Of a DNA stretch of 64,000 bases, positions 61,450 through 64,000 are shown piece by piece. Below the pieces are notes generated by a model that saw nothing but the letters and a program-made list of their open reading frames with translations, did not search any database and was not told the DNA's origin. The stretch lies in contig NC_086108.1 of assembly GCF_963921235.1 (NCBI RefSeq), positions 84,508,001 through 84,572,000 of the forward strand, written 5' to 3'. Made by a program: the position numbers and the translations under genes. Position 1 is the first letter of the stretch. Each line of letters opens with the position of its first letter. Source of the stretch: Mobula hypostoma. Lineage: Eukaryota.

Positions 61450-63450
61450 GCTTAACAGAACAGTACAAGCACAGAAATACGCTCCTTGGTCCATGATGTC
61501 TCTGCCACTTAAGATGACAATTTTTTTTCCTGCCTTCACATATTCTACATTGCTCATTCTCCGCCTGTCTAAATGCCTGTTACATATTATTACTGTATCT
61601 TCTTTCACCACTTCCCTTTGAAGAGTCTTCCAGGCATCTACTTCTGTGTGGAAAAAATACTTGTCTCATAAATTGCCTTTAAGTGTTCCCTCCTCTCACT
61701 GTAAAACTATGCCCTCTCATATTCAACATTTCCACCCTGGGAAAAAAGACCATCTACCCTATCCATGCCTCTCATGGTTTTATACGCTTCAATCAGGTCA
61801 CTCCTTATACTCTGACGTTCCATAGAAAACAAATTAGGCTTGTCTCACACTGATTTGAGTGTACCCTATATTACATTGACTGTTCTATTGCACATTTAGA
61901 CAGATGCAACGTAAAGATTTTTACTCCTCATGTATGTGAAGGATGTAAGAAATAAGGTCAATTCAATCTCCTTATGCTTAATACTACCAAGGAAACATCC
62001 CTGTGAACTTCCTTTGCACTGCCTCAAAATCTTCCACATCCTACCTGAAAAGAACTGCACACAGTACTCCAATGATGACCTTATCTTTGATACAGCTGCA
62101 CAAGGCTTCCTGAATTTTATATTCAAAATCTTGACCAATGACAAGTATGCCATACACTTTAACACCTTATATACCCGTGTTGCCACTTTTAGTGAGCTAC
62201 GAACTTGCGTCCCAAGATTCATCTACACATCAATGCTTCTTAGCGCCCTATTGTATATTCTCCTCTTGTATTTGACCTTCCAAAGAGCAATAATGCATAC
62301 TTCTCCAGATTAAACTCCTGCCATTTTCTCTGCCCACAATTCCAATTGGTCTGTATCCTGCTGAATCTTAAAAACTTTCCTCTGTATCCAAAATTCATTC
62401 GTTTTTGCATGGTCTACAAATTTACTATCAGCCCATCTATAGTTTTATCTAAATCATACATTAAAAAAAATCAGAAATAACAGACACTGATCCTTGCAGA
62501 AAATCACCATTCAGTACCTCCAGTCAGAATAACATCCATCCACACTATCCTCTCTTCCATGGTCAAGCCAATTTTGAATCCATGGATCCCCTGTGCCTTA
62601 ATTTTCTGGATTAGCCTACCACTAGAGATCTTGTCAAATGCTTTACTCAAGTTCATATACACAATATCCACTGCCCTACCCTCAATCATCTTTGTCACTT
62701 GCTCAAAAAAGCTTACAATTAAATTTGTAAAACATGCCTTTCCCCACATAAAGCCATGTTGACTATCCCCAGCAAGTCTATGATTTTCCATACGCAAGTA
62801 AATCCAATAATTTCTCTACCACTGATTCAGGGTTTGTTGATCTACAACTTCCTATTTGTCTTCATTACCCTTCTTAAACAAACGAACATTGGCTATTCTC
62901 CAAACCTCGGGAAACTCACCTCTGGAAGAGGATATAAAAACCTCCGTTAAGGATTCAGCAATCTCTCATCTTTCCTCTCTCAATAACCTGGGCTAGATTC
63001 CATCAAGCCCTGGGAACATCCACCTCAATGTTCAAGAGCTCCAAAGCCACTCCCTTCTTGATAACAACAAGCTCTAGGATTTCAGCATACTCTCCCTGAT
63101 CTCACTATCCTCCACCTCCATCTCTGAATAGCAATGTGAAGTACTCCTTTTGTACCTTGCCCACTTCCACTGACAGAAAGGATACATTTGCCAGCCTTTA
63201 AACAGCTTCCACATGTCACATCTGGATTTACACAATAACATTTGCTCCCAATGAACTCTACCCAGCAACTTTCTAATACTGTTGTTATTACCGCTTCCCA
63301 ATTGGTGCATTCTTTCCCAAAGCAGCAGTCTTATCCTTATCCCTAACTTTTATGTTTTCAACAATTAGGATCACTTCTCCCACTCTCCCAGTGAAACACT
63401 AATTAGTTAGGCAGGCACAGTACTAATTGTAAGGTCTAACATGGCCTGCA
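61450..63450 (-). mobile_element. Degenerate CR1 LINE
   Basis: ORF 62504..62797 has DSQHGFMWGKACFTNLI...AVDIVYMNLSKAFDK. ORF 61896..62222 has LEYCVQF. Confidence 0.85.
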
Positions 63451-63729
63451 TCCCCTCTGCCACGAAGAGAGATGCAGTCAACATTGGGGAGTTTGAAGTC
63501 ACTCACTACAACCACCCTGTTTCAAATGCTGCGACAGATCTTTAACTCCGCTGAAGAAAATATGCAGAGACCTCCTGTACAGTTCCAAACTGGGCAAATT
63601 AGTTTCTAAATTACACCAGGGTCAAAAAGAGATACAGCATAGAAACAGGTTCATTGATCCAATAATTTTGCACTCACCACCACACACTAACACTAATCCT
63701 ATATTAATCCCAGACTTCTCTGAGGACTG

Positions 63730-64000
63730 TCACCTTGCTGTGGCGGAGAGGCTTGAGAGTTCCTGAAATCCTAAGAGCACTTTCGCTCCTGGTAGGCTCA
63801 CCCTTGGTGGTAAGGTCAAAGCAGAGGGTGCAGAGAAAGAACGATACAACCAAGACCTCAACAGTGGAGCTGGCAGAAGGAGATAGCACATTACAACAGC
63901 AGTGAAGGCAGAGGAATGCTGTAGCAGTGAAGGGTCCCCAGTCATCTTGCAAGCCATGGAACTGGAGCCTGACCCAAATCTGTCAAGGATTGTGTGCTGG
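63730..64000 (+). mobile_element. 5' head of an RTE-related element or RTE-derived SINE; runs off the window end
   Basis: The caccttgctgtggcggagaggcttg...gctcctggtaggctcacccttgg start resembles RTE-clade 5' UTRs. No ORF is visible. Confidence 0.45.

Noticed and set aside
1..64000. Prokaryotic-type systems (CRISPR array, operons, rRNA/tRNA genes)
   Set aside because: No regularly spaced repeat-spacer array, no operon-like gene density and no intact rRNA or tRNA. The tRNA-like boxes belong to SINE heads.

Overview
Eukaryotic (vertebrate-type) genomic DNA with no host gene I can confidently recognise. Most of the window is a densely nested set of mostly decayed transposable elements. Retroelements: L1-clade, CR1, Rex1/Babar, RTE, L2-like, a Hero/R2-group RLE element, two Penelope-like (PLE) families, tRNA-derived V-SINE/HE1-like SINEs and a probable solo LTR. 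DNA transposons: Tc1/mariner and several hAT elements. This mix suggests a cartilaginous fish such as a ray or shark (inference only). The most notable signal is a dispersed family of minimal type-I hammerhead ribozyme motifs in the PLE terminal repeats. There are about 10 copies: two are identical with an intact core, one shows compensatory helix-I changes, and some sit in short solo inserts flanked by target-site duplications (TSDs). Also notable are a double fold-back PLE of a second family, an old ~100-bp inverted repeat, a near-intact L1 ORF2, and three multi-level insertion nests that can be reconstructed from TSDs. Boundaries of degenerate repeats are approximate, and family names come from motif recognition, not database searches.
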